Under the pieces are notes generated by a model. That model saw only the letters and a list, made by a program, of their open reading frames with translations, was not told the origin of the DNA and ran no database searches. A DNA stretch of 64,000 nucleotides from Styela clava. Taxonomy: Eukaryota. Every line of letters starts with the position of its first letter. Within the stretch, counting starts at the first letter, position 1. The stretch spans positions 16,864,001-16,928,000 of the forward strand of contig NC_135253.1 of the NCBI RefSeq assembly GCF_964204865.1, in the 5' to 3' direction. Of the stretch, positions 51,415 to 63,389 are shown one piece after another. The translations under genes were made by a program, and so were the position numbers.

Positions 51415-54374
51415 TTATTGCATACACCTATTGCAAACCCAATACATTTTTAAATCAAAATTATTTTGGCATTGATTGTGGTACCATTTACGACACCAGC
51501 AGCATTTGGCTTGGAAAAACTCACGAGCATTGCCAGGACAGGTGGTGCTCTCGCAGATTGACCAGTTCGAATTATCCATTGAATATATAGAAGTAGAATC
51601 GATTATTAAATCACTTGTTTCTCCAAAAATTTCGGCTTGAGAAAAATATTTTATTATTTTTGTTGTGAGACCACCGTCCTGAACTTTTTTTGGGGATTTC
51701 CTGCTCAATTTTCGTTTTAAATATAGATATTCTCCCTATTGTCTTGCAACCAGACCGTTAATAGGGGCAAAAGGTAACTGAGACAAAACGAAGAAAACAT
51801 TACATACAACGAATATTCCGCAGTCCGAGGAGTTGTTTTGCTGGGGTGTATCGGAATAAACAAATCGCTTCCACTCCAGTATGTTCGGGCAGCGGTCGAT
51901 TGCTGCGTATGAGGAATGTAATATTCTCATACATATGTCAATGGTGTTTTTTGACTGGCAAACATTGCGACCTGCCCTCCAGGAATCAAACAAACCAATC
52001 TCTTTTCTATCTAAATTTGCCACGGCGAGCTGCCAATGTACTTCTGTAAAATTTACAACAAAGACGAACAGGTCGTGATTCAGAGCTTCGTACCTACTGA
52101 GGAACTCTGCTACACATCTCCAATTTCCATGTTGCGCAGCTTGGAATATAGTACTTGGCACTACGAGAACCTGTTGATGTTTCTCCAAGTCCTCAACGAT
52201 TTGCTCGACAGCTAGGTTTACGCAGTCGTCAGTCAACCATTGGCCAGGTTTGAAAAATGCCAAGGTATTATCTGAGAATTGGGATTTCATTGTAGATAAT
52301 TCTTTTTCCCACTCCCCATTTCCCCAATTATTCGCAGGATGTTTTGGCGTTGATGTTTTAGGCAATTCAGCATCACTCTCAATTAATTGCGAGTTATTGC
52401 GGGACGCGTCAAATAAATTATTTGCAAGTGAATCCGGAGCTGATATTACATTATAGTGATACTCTTTTTGCCTGACTTTTCGTCCGGATTTTCCTTTGAT
52501 ATGTCTCTGTTTCTTTCGTAAGGCTGATAATGAAAACTTTGTTTTTTTGTCTAATTGTTGAGTCTGCAGACAAATATCCACTGCCTTTAAGTGCCAGCAT
52601 TCTTTTTCACCAAGACAGCTACATATTCTCGGGTCGATGGTTACGGCGATCCGCGCATTTGTATAGGGATTACATATCACGAATGTTCCGGATTGGTTTT
52701 CTAATGTGACACCATGTATTGACACACAGTCCTCAGCAATTCTTTTTTGTGGCTTTCTGTCAGGTGGAGAGAGATTTTCGGGAATACGGTTGCCTTTTAT
52801 TTGTCTGTATATGTCGCTCATCGAAAGAAGTTTTGGAATATTTTCATAATTCGTTACCTTTCTTTTTACTCCTGGAAGTAATTGAAATCGACCAAGACCC
52901 ATTTCCGCCATTTTAAAATCATATTCGTAGGTTTTCGTGATTTTGAACAATATTAAAGTCATATCGTCGGCACGACGCTCTCGGGATTCACATGCATCTT
53001 TCAGTACTTTATTGAAGGATTCACTTGCATTATTGGTGGTGGTGATGTTGTCAAAAGCTCGGAATCTATTCGTTACAATTTTGGAGGCACCTTTGATGAT
53101 GTACGTATTAAGTCGACTGTCGAAATAACTTTTAAATGGCCTCGACCATTTAACAGAAAATTCCATGTATAGCGATTGATAAGATTTAAGATCAGCGCAG
53201 TCTATCAATTGTTCCACGTGGTCTTTGTACACTTTAATATCATGCGCAGTTCCTTTATTTTTGCTTAATCCAATATTCCACGTCTCGTAAAATGTGATTA
53301 GTGCATTATACGTTTTTAAGCCATTGCTGCTTTTTTATTACATTTGTTATCGAGAATTCCCTGTCCGTTGGAATTGGAATATCACTGTCGTTTTCCACTT
53401 TAAGTGCCGTTTTTACGAATGAGAAAAGAAGCTCGTGATTTTCCTGCGATTTCCTTTCGTGAAGAAGGAAACAAACAGGGAAAATTGGATCGCCAACTAA
53501 ATTTGTTTTCCTCATGACAAGTGGGGAGATGAAGAAATCGCCAAGTTCAAACGTCGTGTCGTACGATAACGATTGCTTACACGAATTTTTAAATTTTAAA
53601 AACTTACAAATTTCCATTGCAGCGACATCTATGATGAAATCTGTGGCCATAACAATAGCCAAGCCAGGAATGAGAAGCATCGCACGGACAAAATTTGGTA
53701 GTTCAGTTTGGAGCTCGCAAATCGAATATATTTCATCCCGACATTTTTGTGATTGTATGGATGTCGAATAAGCAACGTTTCTTACTTGTTTTATGTCACG
53801 TGGGCGATCAACCGGTATTGTTGGAGTTGGATCTTGAGGTTTCGAATTTAGTCGACAATACACATCGTGTGGAGAAAGATCGTAATCAAGTTGGTTTTTG
53901 ATTTCAGTGAATACAGATTTTTTCGTGGGATAAAATAACTTGTTTTCATTTTTACAGCCACCGTGAGCAGTGTCAAAATACCTTGCAGAAGTTTCTCCTA
54001 GATAATGAACCAATACGTACCAACACAAACCATCTTTGCGTTGGAATTCGCTAACAATTTTCTTGAAGTTAAGGTGGTCTCTGTTTGCTCCCTTTGGATC
54101 TTTGAGGAACCATTTTCGGCGAATGAGCTTACCATTTGCAACTTCCCTTTTTCCAGCTCCAATCCACCTATACTGATCGGACAAATAATCTTTCGCATTT
54201 TTTTTCGTTACACTTGAAGATGTATACCTCTCCTGCATGTGGTTTGACTGGTGGATCGGTGGCAATTTTTTCTCTGGGCACCTTACCGTTTTCACATGTT
54301 AGAAGAAGATCGATTATATTTTTTGCTTTCAATATAGAAGTAAACGACTGTAGATATACAACGTTTCTTGACAT
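51415..54374 (-). pseudogene. Disrupted MULE transposase fused to SWIM finger, Ulp1 (C48) protease and PHD-like finger (~980 aa reconstructed)
   Basis: DDE residues SYDTTF / PTDRE / NNASESFN; CxxH motif (CTNH); SWIM CSCLGEKECWH; Ulp1 motifs GQWLTD, VHW, FDS, QQNNSSDCG; CCWCRKWYHNQC..WVCNRC. Lesions: frameshift at the T8 run 54198-54205, stop at 53306, frameshift ~53270, in-frame stop at 51736. Confidence 0.88.
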
Positions 54375-55545
54375 AATAAATGCGACGTGACGCGGATAAA
54401 GATTCTATCGGCACAGGCATTGAACGAATTGACTATAGACCCTTCCCCGAGCATCGACTTCTTTATGTACTTCGTGACATTGGCTAATCAGCAAGATGCA
54501 AAAAGTGACGTAACAATGCCCCCTTTTTGCATCCACTCAGACACTTTTCTCACTCAGACAGATTTTCAGGCGTGGTTTTAAACATTACCTCATTTTCGCG
54601 TTTTTGAACTCTTTTCGCCAATTTTTAGTTGTCTTTCGGAAATGTAAATATAAATCAGATAATTCAATGCTCACTATGTCTTTTTAGAAGTTTTAATTTA
54701 ATCACAGTAATAAGAAATTGGTGTTGAAATAGCTGTGATAGACTAGGCTAAAATTCCTCACCGTTACTTCTAAAACACAGATTATTGTCCGCGATGAATC
54801 ATAATGTTGGTTTGAAACAAATACCCCATTTTACAGGGGCCAACTCGCGAAACCACTAATAAAATATCCCCGAAAATTTTGCAATGGTAAAGTATAGGAA
54901 GATTCTTTCGGGGGTCAAAGGTCGGGGAAAGGTCCATTGCAATTGATTTGAGACATATATTGTTTCCAGACAATTGCGTATCACCACTGCTTTAAATAAT
55001 GAACTCTTTGAACCCTGGCGTCTCTGAGCTAGCAAGATTAACTAGTATGACCAATATCGTACAACTCCCTTTAATACTACGTTTAAAAGATTGTTATTGG
55101 GTTTACCTGTTGCACTTTGCATGTTCAACATTTAATTTTGACTATTTTTAACTAATTCATTATCTTTGTGAAAGTTATAAATCCCATGTTACCTTTTTCC
55201 TAAGTGCCTAATTGATGGTACCTACCGGTGACAATTTAAATTTTTTAAATGGCACTAATAAACTGAAGCGCATATTCACATAGGCTAATTAGCGTGAATA
55301 ATATTTTTATTTCTCACCCTTTTATTGGTGATAATTCTCATTTTTTTCTATTTTCGAAATGCCTTAATAAGTACCTAGCATATTTGGTGATCCTTCTAAT
55401 ACTACGTTTTGAATATTATCATTGTTTTTACTTGTTGCACTTCGCGTGTGCAGCATTTAATTTGACTACTTTTAACTAATTCATTAATTATGTTTTTAAA
55501 AGAGTTATTACGCTCATTTTAATTTTTTTTTTTTCGAACTGCCTA

Positions 55546-56094
55546 TCGTGTTTTCCCGAAAATATGACCTACCCTGAAAATAAGACCTAGCCTGAATTTT
55601 AGGAATTATATATAATACAAGAGAGCTATGCTCAAATATATGGACACGTAGAGTCACATAATTTTGATGACGTCATAGCGAAAAAAAAAGTAATAGCCTT
55701 CTGGAGAAAATTTTTATCTTTAACCACTGAAAATTTCAAAGCAATTGGTCCAGTATTCGAAGAGAAAAGCGACTTTTTAAAAACGTGTCAAAGAACAACA
55801 ACAACAACATAATATTGAAACGATCGTTATGTCCACTACGTGTCCAATAAGCCCTCCCCTTAAAGTAAGACCTAGTCAATAACGCGAATTAATTGACCTA
55901 GCGGATAGCAAGAAATCTCTCCTACACGTTTTAAATACCTAATAATCTACGGTTAACAGATATTTTCAATAAAAACGTGGTATTCATAAGTAAATTGATT
56001 TCGGTTTTCATATTTTGCATATTTGAAAATATCTTAATTCTTTACTTTGTAATTTTGTTTTTGATAAATTAAAATATAAGACATCCCCCGAAAA
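55546..56094. mobile_element. Tc1/mariner-superfamily (pogo/Tc2-like) MITE, one end lost
   Basis: Begins after TA with TCGTGTTTTCCCGAAAATATGACC; internal repeats of CCC.GAAAATAAGACCTAG; interrupts the array motif GTGCCTA|CCGGTAACAATTT. Confidence 0.6.
55617..55847 (-). mobile_element. Helentron-associated non-autonomous element (HINE/DINE-1-like structure), apparently complete
   Basis: 11-bp sub-terminal IR TGGACACGTAG (55641) / CTACGTGTCCA (55836); hairpin GAGC-TAT-GCTC (55623-55633); internal (CAA)n; no clear TSD. Other fragments at 24445, 29905, 47143, 57514. Confidence 0.7.
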
Positions 56095-58725
56095 ACAATT
56101 TATTATTCTCAAATACCACTAATAGACTCAAGTGCATCTATTGGATATTCAGCCAGTCCCAGGCTAATCATTTTGACTAATATTTTTATTTTATTTATTG
56201 GTGATTATTGCCCTTTTCTTTTTTTTTCGATGTGCCTAAATATGTGGTGACAGAGCGCGTGCGTCTCCCTTTAATACTACGTTTTAAAAATCGTTATTGG
56301 ATTTAACTGTTGCAATTTTCGCGTTCAACATTTAATTTAAATATTTTGAACTAATTCATTATCTTTCTAGGAGTTACTACGTCCATTTCACCTTTTTTCC
56401 GAAGTGCCTAAATAAGTGCCTACCGATAACAATTTATTATTTCTAAATTCCAGTACTAGACTCAAGTGCATCTATTGGATATTTGTCCAGGCTAATCAGT
56501 GTGGGTAATATTTTTATTTCTCTGTCTACTATTGGTGATAATTCCGATTTCCTTCTTTTTTCGAAGTGCCTAAATATGTGCCTAGCATATGTGGTGACTG
56601 AGCGCGTGTGACTCCTTTAATACTACGTTTTAAATATTGTTATTCGGTTCACCCATTGCAATTTGCGTGTTCAATATTTGATTTGACAATTTTCAACTAA
56701 TTAATTATCATTTTAAAAGTTATTACGCTCATTTCACATTTTTTTCGAAGCGCCTAAATAAGTGCCTATCGGTAACAATTTAATATTTCTAAATTCCAGT
56801 ACTAGACTCAAGTGCATCTATTGGATATTTACCCAGGCTAATCAGTGTAGGTAATATTTTTATTTCTCTGTCTTTTATTAGTGATAATTGCCATTTTCTT
56901 TATTTTTCGAAGTGTCTAAATATGTGCCCAGCATATGTGGTGACAGAGCGCGTGCGTCTCCCTTTAATACTACGTTTCAAAAATCGTTATTGGATTTAAC
57001 TGTTGCAATTTTTGCGTTCAACATTTAATTTAAATATTTTAACTAATTCATCTTTTTTTCCGAAGTGCCTAAATAAGTGCCTACCGGTAACAATTTATTA
57101 TTTCTAAATTCCAGTACTAGACTCAAGTGCATCTATTGGATATTTACCCAGGCTAATCAGTGTGGGTAATATGTTTATGTCTCTGTCTTTTATTAGTGAT
57201 AATTGCCATTTTCTTTATTTTCCGAAGTGTCTAAATATGTGCCTAGCATATGTGGTGACCAAGCGCATGCGACATCCTTTAATACCATGTTTTAAATATT
57301 GTTATTGAGTTTGCCCGTTGCAATTTGCGTTTTCAACATTTAATTTGACCATTTTTAACTAATTAATTATGTTTTTAAAAGGTATTACGCCCTTTTTACT
57401 TTATTTTCCAAAGTGCCTAATTTGCAAGTGCCTACTTTTAGTCCGTCCCCTATTTCTGCCCTGCCAATCGCCAAATTCCGCTTCATGATTTTTTTGCAGG
57501 TACGCTCTTTCTAAACAAGAGAGCAATCCTAAAATATATGGACACGACAGCCAAATCGATACATTTCACCCACAATTTTCCCAAAATCATTTTCTTGAAG
57601 CTGAACCTGTGGACCAGTGAACTTACTACCAGTACCGGTACTAGTACCAATACCAAGATTGCACTCTGATCCGTCAAAAAAAAAATACCCGGACTACTTC
57701 AGCCTTATCAGGTCCTGTGACAATGACGATCCATGCGTCTTGTGTCAACGCGAATCGAAATGCTAAATGATTCGACTCACAATTATAGCATCAATTAATT
57801 TAAAGTACCTTACCTGTTACATGACCTACCAAGATTGCCGGCATCAAAAAACTTTCTACTGACAGCGTTGCCAGATCCTAATGATGAAAAAAGTCAGATC
57901 ATAAAATAAAAAAGACAACAATTTTACAAAGTACGAAATTAAAATTTAGTTTAGAAAAGTACCATTAACACATAGAAATTTCCTCTTTAAATAGGTTAGT
58001 ATAGGATAGGTCATAAATTAGGACAACATGAAATCGAGGTGAGCTTTTTAATACATTGGATGAAAGTTTGACAATCGTCACGTGTGAAAGTCTTCGTCAA
58101 ATTTACAAATGCGGCGCCCATAATGTTTTGTTTGAGCATTCATACCTTAACAACTTACCTTGTGTAGTCATCAATGGTTTGAGTACAGAAATTGGTGAGG
58201 CAGTTAGGGTTAGGAATACAGTTTGAATTGAAAGTTATCCTGATTTACGAAATATTTTTTTTAGTTGGCTTAGGAGTCTCAGTCATGGTCTTGCATGCTA
58301 ACCCTCACAAATCTCCAAATAACCATTACGTTAACTAAATATTATTGAATTATTTTTTCTGTCCTTGAATCAAATGTATCACAGTGCAGCAGTGTGTACT
58401 TTGTTTTAATAATAAAATATCTCTCTGTCTATGTTTCATTTTACTTCTATTCCCCTGCATCTAATTTGTTCATCAACAGATCGAAAAAGCACTGCTGTAC
58501 TAGTGGCCTACTTCCCTTTGTTGATAGAAACTATATTGGTTTCGTGACCGATTCTCTCAGTGATGTCTTAATAATTCACCCTAGTTGGCAAGTGGCAGAA
58601 ATGTTTTAGAGCTAGCCAAAGAACGAAATTGCATTCAAGTTCATATTTGGATATAGTGCAAGATATCACAATCAGACTGACCAAACTCATTTGTTTTTTA
58701 ATAAGTTAATTCATTTACATATGAC

Positions 58726-60069
58726 ATGGTTAAGCAGGTCATTTTCGAAGACTCACATAGAAAATACCTGGAAAAAGTAGCTGCACAAACCAAGTGTACA
58801 GCAGGTTTAATTTTGGGACACATAACAAGCAACAAAGATTATATTGCAAGCTTTATAAGATGTCCATCTCCGACTGATGGTGAAAACGTTAAGCAATGGA
58901 ATGGTGTCAAAGACGTTGAAGGTTCTTGGGTGGCTGGTCATTCAGCACAAATAATTTCGAGTCTATCTGGAGGTATTAATATTGTTGGTGTATTTTTGAT
59001 TGCACCAACTGAAGAAGCAAAACAAGTATCAGAAAAACTGAAGCAAATCGTTTATCAAGCGTACAAGCTTGTATCAAAAACATTAAGTGAAGTAGACAAT
59101 TATCTCCAGGATTCAGATGAATCTTTATTTTGGACAGTTATGCATGTTGATGTCAAAAATGGTTTGGTTGCTTCTTGTCGTCAATATGATGTAAAAGACA
59201 ACAAAGATATCGGTAGGCCTATGGATCTGAAAATAGTTGATGCTCCAATACAGTGGGAATGCTGTCAAACAACCTTGAATATCAATAAAGTTAAATCAGA
59301 AAGAGTTCTAACCCAATGCATTTCTGCCGATATTTTTGAATCTATGTTGAAACTTTTTCAAGACCAGGTGAAAAATGCTATTGTTACTATAGAACAGAAA
59401 CACAGAGTTGAAACAGATGTACTAAATCCTTCATCCACTAGCAATCACTCTGCAAAAGGGTCTAAGAAAAAGAAACCTGTCGTTAAGTCACAATCGGCAA
59501 AAACATTGTCATGTCAAATTTTCATCCCAACCTCTTTACAGATAGAAAATCCTGATTTGTGCCATAGTCTTCAGGTTTGTGGAAGCATTACAGCAAAAGC
59601 ATATTTGCCTCCAAACTCAACAGTAGGACAAGCAGTGATAGCACTTAAAAGAGATATTCTGCAGACTATTCACCAAAGAATTGAAATATTATCTGAGGAT
59701 CCAATTGACCTATCAGGTGGGGAACAAAAAATTTCAGTCTCTTTTCCACGAAGAGTATTTGCAAGTAATGGCCAAAATGAAACTATTCTGTATTCGGATT
59801 ATATACTACATGATGAGCCTTTGAACGACTGCTTGGAAAGATTTAAAGACAATTTAGATATGGAGTTGCAATCCAATGAACTTAGTATGGAAAACTCTTT
59901 TGAAAAGTTCCAACCAGAACAAGATTGTTCTCGGGGTGAAGCCATCGAGAGCGAGATGGAAGGAATACATGAAGGGGCGAGTAAAACTAATGCTGTTATT
60001 GCTCTTGTGGCAACAGCTGTAGCATTCTTAGGGTGGATATTCTCTGGTCTTGTTATAAATGAAAATTAA
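58726..60069 (+). CDS. ODR4: ODR-4 homolog, ER membrane GPCR maturation factor (447 aa, intronless CDS)
   Basis: GLILG..KDYI...CP, WVAGHSAQI...LSGGINIVGVF, AVIALKRDILQTI..R.EIL.ED, FPRRVF, YSDY..DE; C-terminal TM anchor. Confidence 0.9.
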   Translation: MVKQVIFEDSHRKYLEKVAAQTKCTAGLILGHITSNKDYIASFIRCPSPTDGENVKQWNGVKDVEGSWVAGHSAQIISSLSGGINIVGVFLIAPTEEAKQVSEKLKQIVYQAYKLVSKTLSEVDNYLQDSDESLFWTVMHVDVKNGLVASCRQYDVKDNKDIGRPMDLKIVDAPIQWECCQTTLNINKVKSERVLTQCISADIFESMLKLFQDQVKNAIVTIEQKHRVETDVLNPSSTSNHSAKGSKKKKPVVKSQSAKTLSCQIFIPTSLQIENPDLCHSLQVCGSITAKAYLPPNSTVGQAVIALKRDILQTIHQRIEILSEDPIDLSGGEQKISVSFPRRVFASNGQNETILYSDYILHDEPLNDCLERFKDNLDMELQSNELSMENSFEKFQPEQDCSRGEAIESEMEGIHEGASKTNAVIALVATAVAFLGWIFSGLVINEN

Positions 60070-60306
60070 GAATTTGTCAATTCTTAGCTCTCAAATGTCA
60101 AGCAATGATCATTACTTGGGAGATCTGTGCAGGCATCAGCATGCTGTAATTTGCAACGAGATTATGCCCAAATTCTCTGGTCTTGTTATAAATGAAAATT
60201 AAGAATTTGTCAATTCTTAGCTCTCAAATGTCAAGCAATGATCATTACTTGGGAGATCTGTGCAGGCATCAGCATGCTGTAATTTGCAACGAGATTATGC
60301 CCAAAT
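60039..60306. repeat. Perfect 133-bp tandem duplication spanning the ODR4 stop codon
   Basis: ATTCTCTGGTCTTGTTATAAATGAAAATTAA...GAGATTATGCCCAA starts at 60039 and again at 60172. Confidence 0.93.
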
Positions 60307-61073
60307 GGGGTGAGGGAGTAGAATTTCCAGATAATTGAATTTTTTTCGTTCGCATTTCTTTTAATAGATATATATAGTGGTGGTGTGGTTGCAAGATTAC
60401 AGTGAAAGTGCAATAAAATTATATGGTGAAATAAATTGTTCTATATCTGGATGTCATTTGCTAGCGTTTCACCCTCCATAAAGAAGTCTTTGTGCCAGTC
60501 AGTCACCATGAAAGCCTATTATAATTATTAGATAATTCAATAGCTTTAGGGCACCTGATATGCATCGGGGAGGCTCGGCTCATGTTTTGGACTCTACTTA
60601 AGATCATACGACACGGCATGAAAATGCTTCCTTGAAACACATTCTTTTTTCTTTATTACACAAATTTAAGATAAAATAAATAAAACCAATGACTAAAGAA
60701 GACCGATTGATTAGAAGACATGCCTGCAATAGCTTCCTATCAACATTACAATACCTGTTTTGGGGTCATGAATATTGCACATTAGGAGTTTCACATAACT
60801 GCATCAACAATATCAGTTTTGGGAGTTCTGCATGTTATAAAATAAATTAGCACCAGAACTGTTTGTGTATGTAAAACATTCTTAATATATATACTGCATC
60901 ATATTATGTCAGACACATTGGCTATATGCTAGCTGTTCATTATGGGATGAATAATACTGGCTCAACTATGTCTGAAATTATAGAAAGAAAAAGTTGCAAA
61001 CAGTTCTTATGACAATTTCTGTTAATTTCTAAAATGCAGCAATCATGTATAGTCATCCAAGAAGCATAACATT

Positions 61074-62147
61074 TCATAAAACCACATCTGCATGCTCATG
61101 ACTATGTGGTAGCATGCCGTATTCACACAAAAATGTCTCCAAGTCATTCGCATAAAAGTCATTTCCCAGTGTGTCACTAATTCTTACAAAGTTCCCAATG
61201 ACCAGGTTCTCTTTGTAAACAATAATGGTTGGAAGACCATTTTCCAAGAAATTTGATGACAATCTAGCCTCTCCAGTATTAATCCGACAAAACTTTACAG
61301 TTTTGTATTTTGAGGCCAAAATTCTCATACATCCATGTACAGTGGCACAAGCTGGTGTGTCATCATCAAAGATGTGTATTATAACTGTTACATGCTTGTC
61401 TTCTTTTTCAATGGCATCGACAAAGTTATCCCTGTTAAGCTCGATTACATCACCAAATACAATTTTTGACCATTTTTTCGCAACCATCTCTTGCATTTCA
61501 ATTATTCTTTTCTTTTTATAATATTCCATAAAGTCTTCATCATCGCTTAAATCAAATTCATCTTTTCCTGCCTGTTTCTTATCATTCTCTTCTTCTTTGA
61601 ATGACTTGCAAGTCATTGCAAGTTTTCTGCAAAGTTCATCTTTTTCCATGATATCTCGCTCTCTCTTTTCAGTCTCTAGTTGTTTATATCTTCTCCAATC
61701 TTCTATCACCCCTTTAGGCCCTGAGAGAAATAGCAAAACATTCAAAATCACAATATATACAAACATTCTCATATATTCATATACAAATTACACGAATACA
61801 ATTAAGAACATCACAAACAGCATATTATTATATTCAAATGATACTAATGTCTATTTGTTACAGTGTTAGGAAATAGTTAAAAAGTTAGATTGTCCATATT
61901 TCCAATAAGGCTTGAAACACCAAACAAAACAGTAGAAAACAATTTAAATTTAACCTGTCTGAGTTGCTTTGCCATCGAATCTTGACTCAGGAATGAACGT
62001 TGGTGCTTTAGTGCTCGATCTTATCGATTCTTGTGCATCACTTGAACCTTCATCACCAGATGCTGAATTTCCTTCGTCTTCTGATGAACTACAATAGTAA
62101 TCCACTTTTTCACCCAAAAGCTTATCATCCATGTTATTTAAAGCCAT
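61074..62147 (-). CDS. PDCL: Phosducin-like protein, PhLP1/phosducin subgroup (279 aa; exons 62147-61955, 61720-61074)
   Basis: DDKLLGEKVDYYCSSSEDE, spliced TGPKGVIEDWRRYKQLE (G-beta-gamma binding motif), thioredoxin-like C-domain (VKFC, LPTIIVYK..GNFVR..LG.DF...DLETFL.EYG). Confidence 0.95.
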
Positions 62148-62230
62148 TTTGAACTGCCTAAATTAATAGCTAGCTTAAGTTATACTGTAATAGGACAATT
62201 TATGTTTTTATTATGCAAGTATACACAAAC

Positions 62231-62255
62231 ACCGTACCGGTACGGTACCGGTACT
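62231..62255. promoter_or_regulatory. (GTACCG)n palindromic cluster near the 5' end of PDCL; similar clusters at 9462-9524, 29521-29556/29682-29698, 57626-57654, 14523-14532
   Basis: ACCGTACCGGTACGGTACCGGTAC; recurs near the inferred 5' ends of consortin, NEDD1, ODR4 and NAT. Confidence 0.5.
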
Positions 62256-63389
62256 GTAAGTGTAACAGCAGCCCAAAAAACTACTAAGTCTAGTAAGTCA
62301 GATATCAGTACCCAAGATGAAGGTTTGTGGTATATGTTGTCGCACTGCGTTATACCGTACCTGACCCAATCGAGTCAGCATATTTTTTTTGTCTGTGGAG
62401 GGTGGAGACAACAAAAGGATGGGCGGGTAAGCGACAGAAAAACCGAAAATCTCTGTTTTGACGCTATTAATTACAGTTCCTACACGGAAATATTAATGCT
62501 GCCTTGAAAATTATTTTGCGAAATCTCCTTTACACAATGTCCCTTAATATAAAAAAAAGTACCTCTAAAAACGCAAACGAATTTACCGCTTATTAGTAAA
62601 CGTCATTAGCAATAAGACTCAAATGTAAGTAATTTATAATATCGTTGATCGAAATACAGTCTTATACGGGCCTACGTAAGACAAGCTAAAGCAGGGTCGT
62701 CCAACCCGTGGGCCACATGTGGCCGCGTGGTATTATTTGAAGCCCGATATCTTCCACAAATCTGAGTCACTATTGAAACCTCTAATAAAAAAAAATTAAT
62801 TTTCGTCGTTCAAACGCGCGATAAGCACCACACGGCTATCGAACGTTTTTTAAAGTATCTTTGCGGGCGTTGTTGCTGGAGATATAAATTTGAATTTATT
62901 TTAATTGTCTGCCATGTAATAAAATCTGTTTTCCTGCCCTTTTTCTGTGGAGCTGGAAAAGGCAGATTCGTGACCTCAATATCTGACAGCACTTACTTGT
63001 ACGAGCAAGTTGTCAAATCCCCCGTGAGATCACTAATTTCTGATAGCCATATGAAAAATCCGCTTCGCATTACTACATTGTCCATCGCAACGAATATTGA
63101 CAAACTTGTTGGATAAAAGCAGTGCCATAATCCACATTGAAATATCTATGTGTGGTAAAACATTCGACTTTACTGTATCTTCGTATTTTCATTGTTCTTA
63201 TAATTTTGGTATGACGGTTTCATTTGTTTTTCAATAATTTGTAGTCGATGTAGTGTAGAACTACCATGCCAAGTTGCCCGCGTAATCATTCGTAAACAAC
63301 ATGTGGCCCTACGGCCACAAAGGCTGGACGACCCTGAGCTAAAGAAAGTTTCGATTTTTCCGGCGACAAGAAAAGGTAAGCCTATGAAT

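Larger units (their letters stand above)
48471..57450 (-). mobile_element. Foldback-type Mutator (MULE, Phantom-like) DNA transposon, left terminus missing
   Basis: Central MULE transposase pseudogene flanked by inverted arrays of a ~350-bp unit; right end ...AAGTGCCTACTTTTAGTCCGTCCCC at 57450. Confidence 0.85.
55060..57450 (-). repeat. Right arm: ~6 inverted copies of the same ~315-350 bp unit, interrupted by nested insertions
   Basis: TAATAC(T/C)A(C/T)GTTT anchors at ~55072, 55398, 56272, 56618, 56965, 57280; reverse complement of the left-arm unit. Confidence 0.92.

Noticed and set aside
53270-54205. Programmed frameshifting or stop read-through in the transposase
   Set aside because: Four independent lesions plus a missing terminus and nested insertions indicate decay (or homopolymer sequencing error), not recoding.
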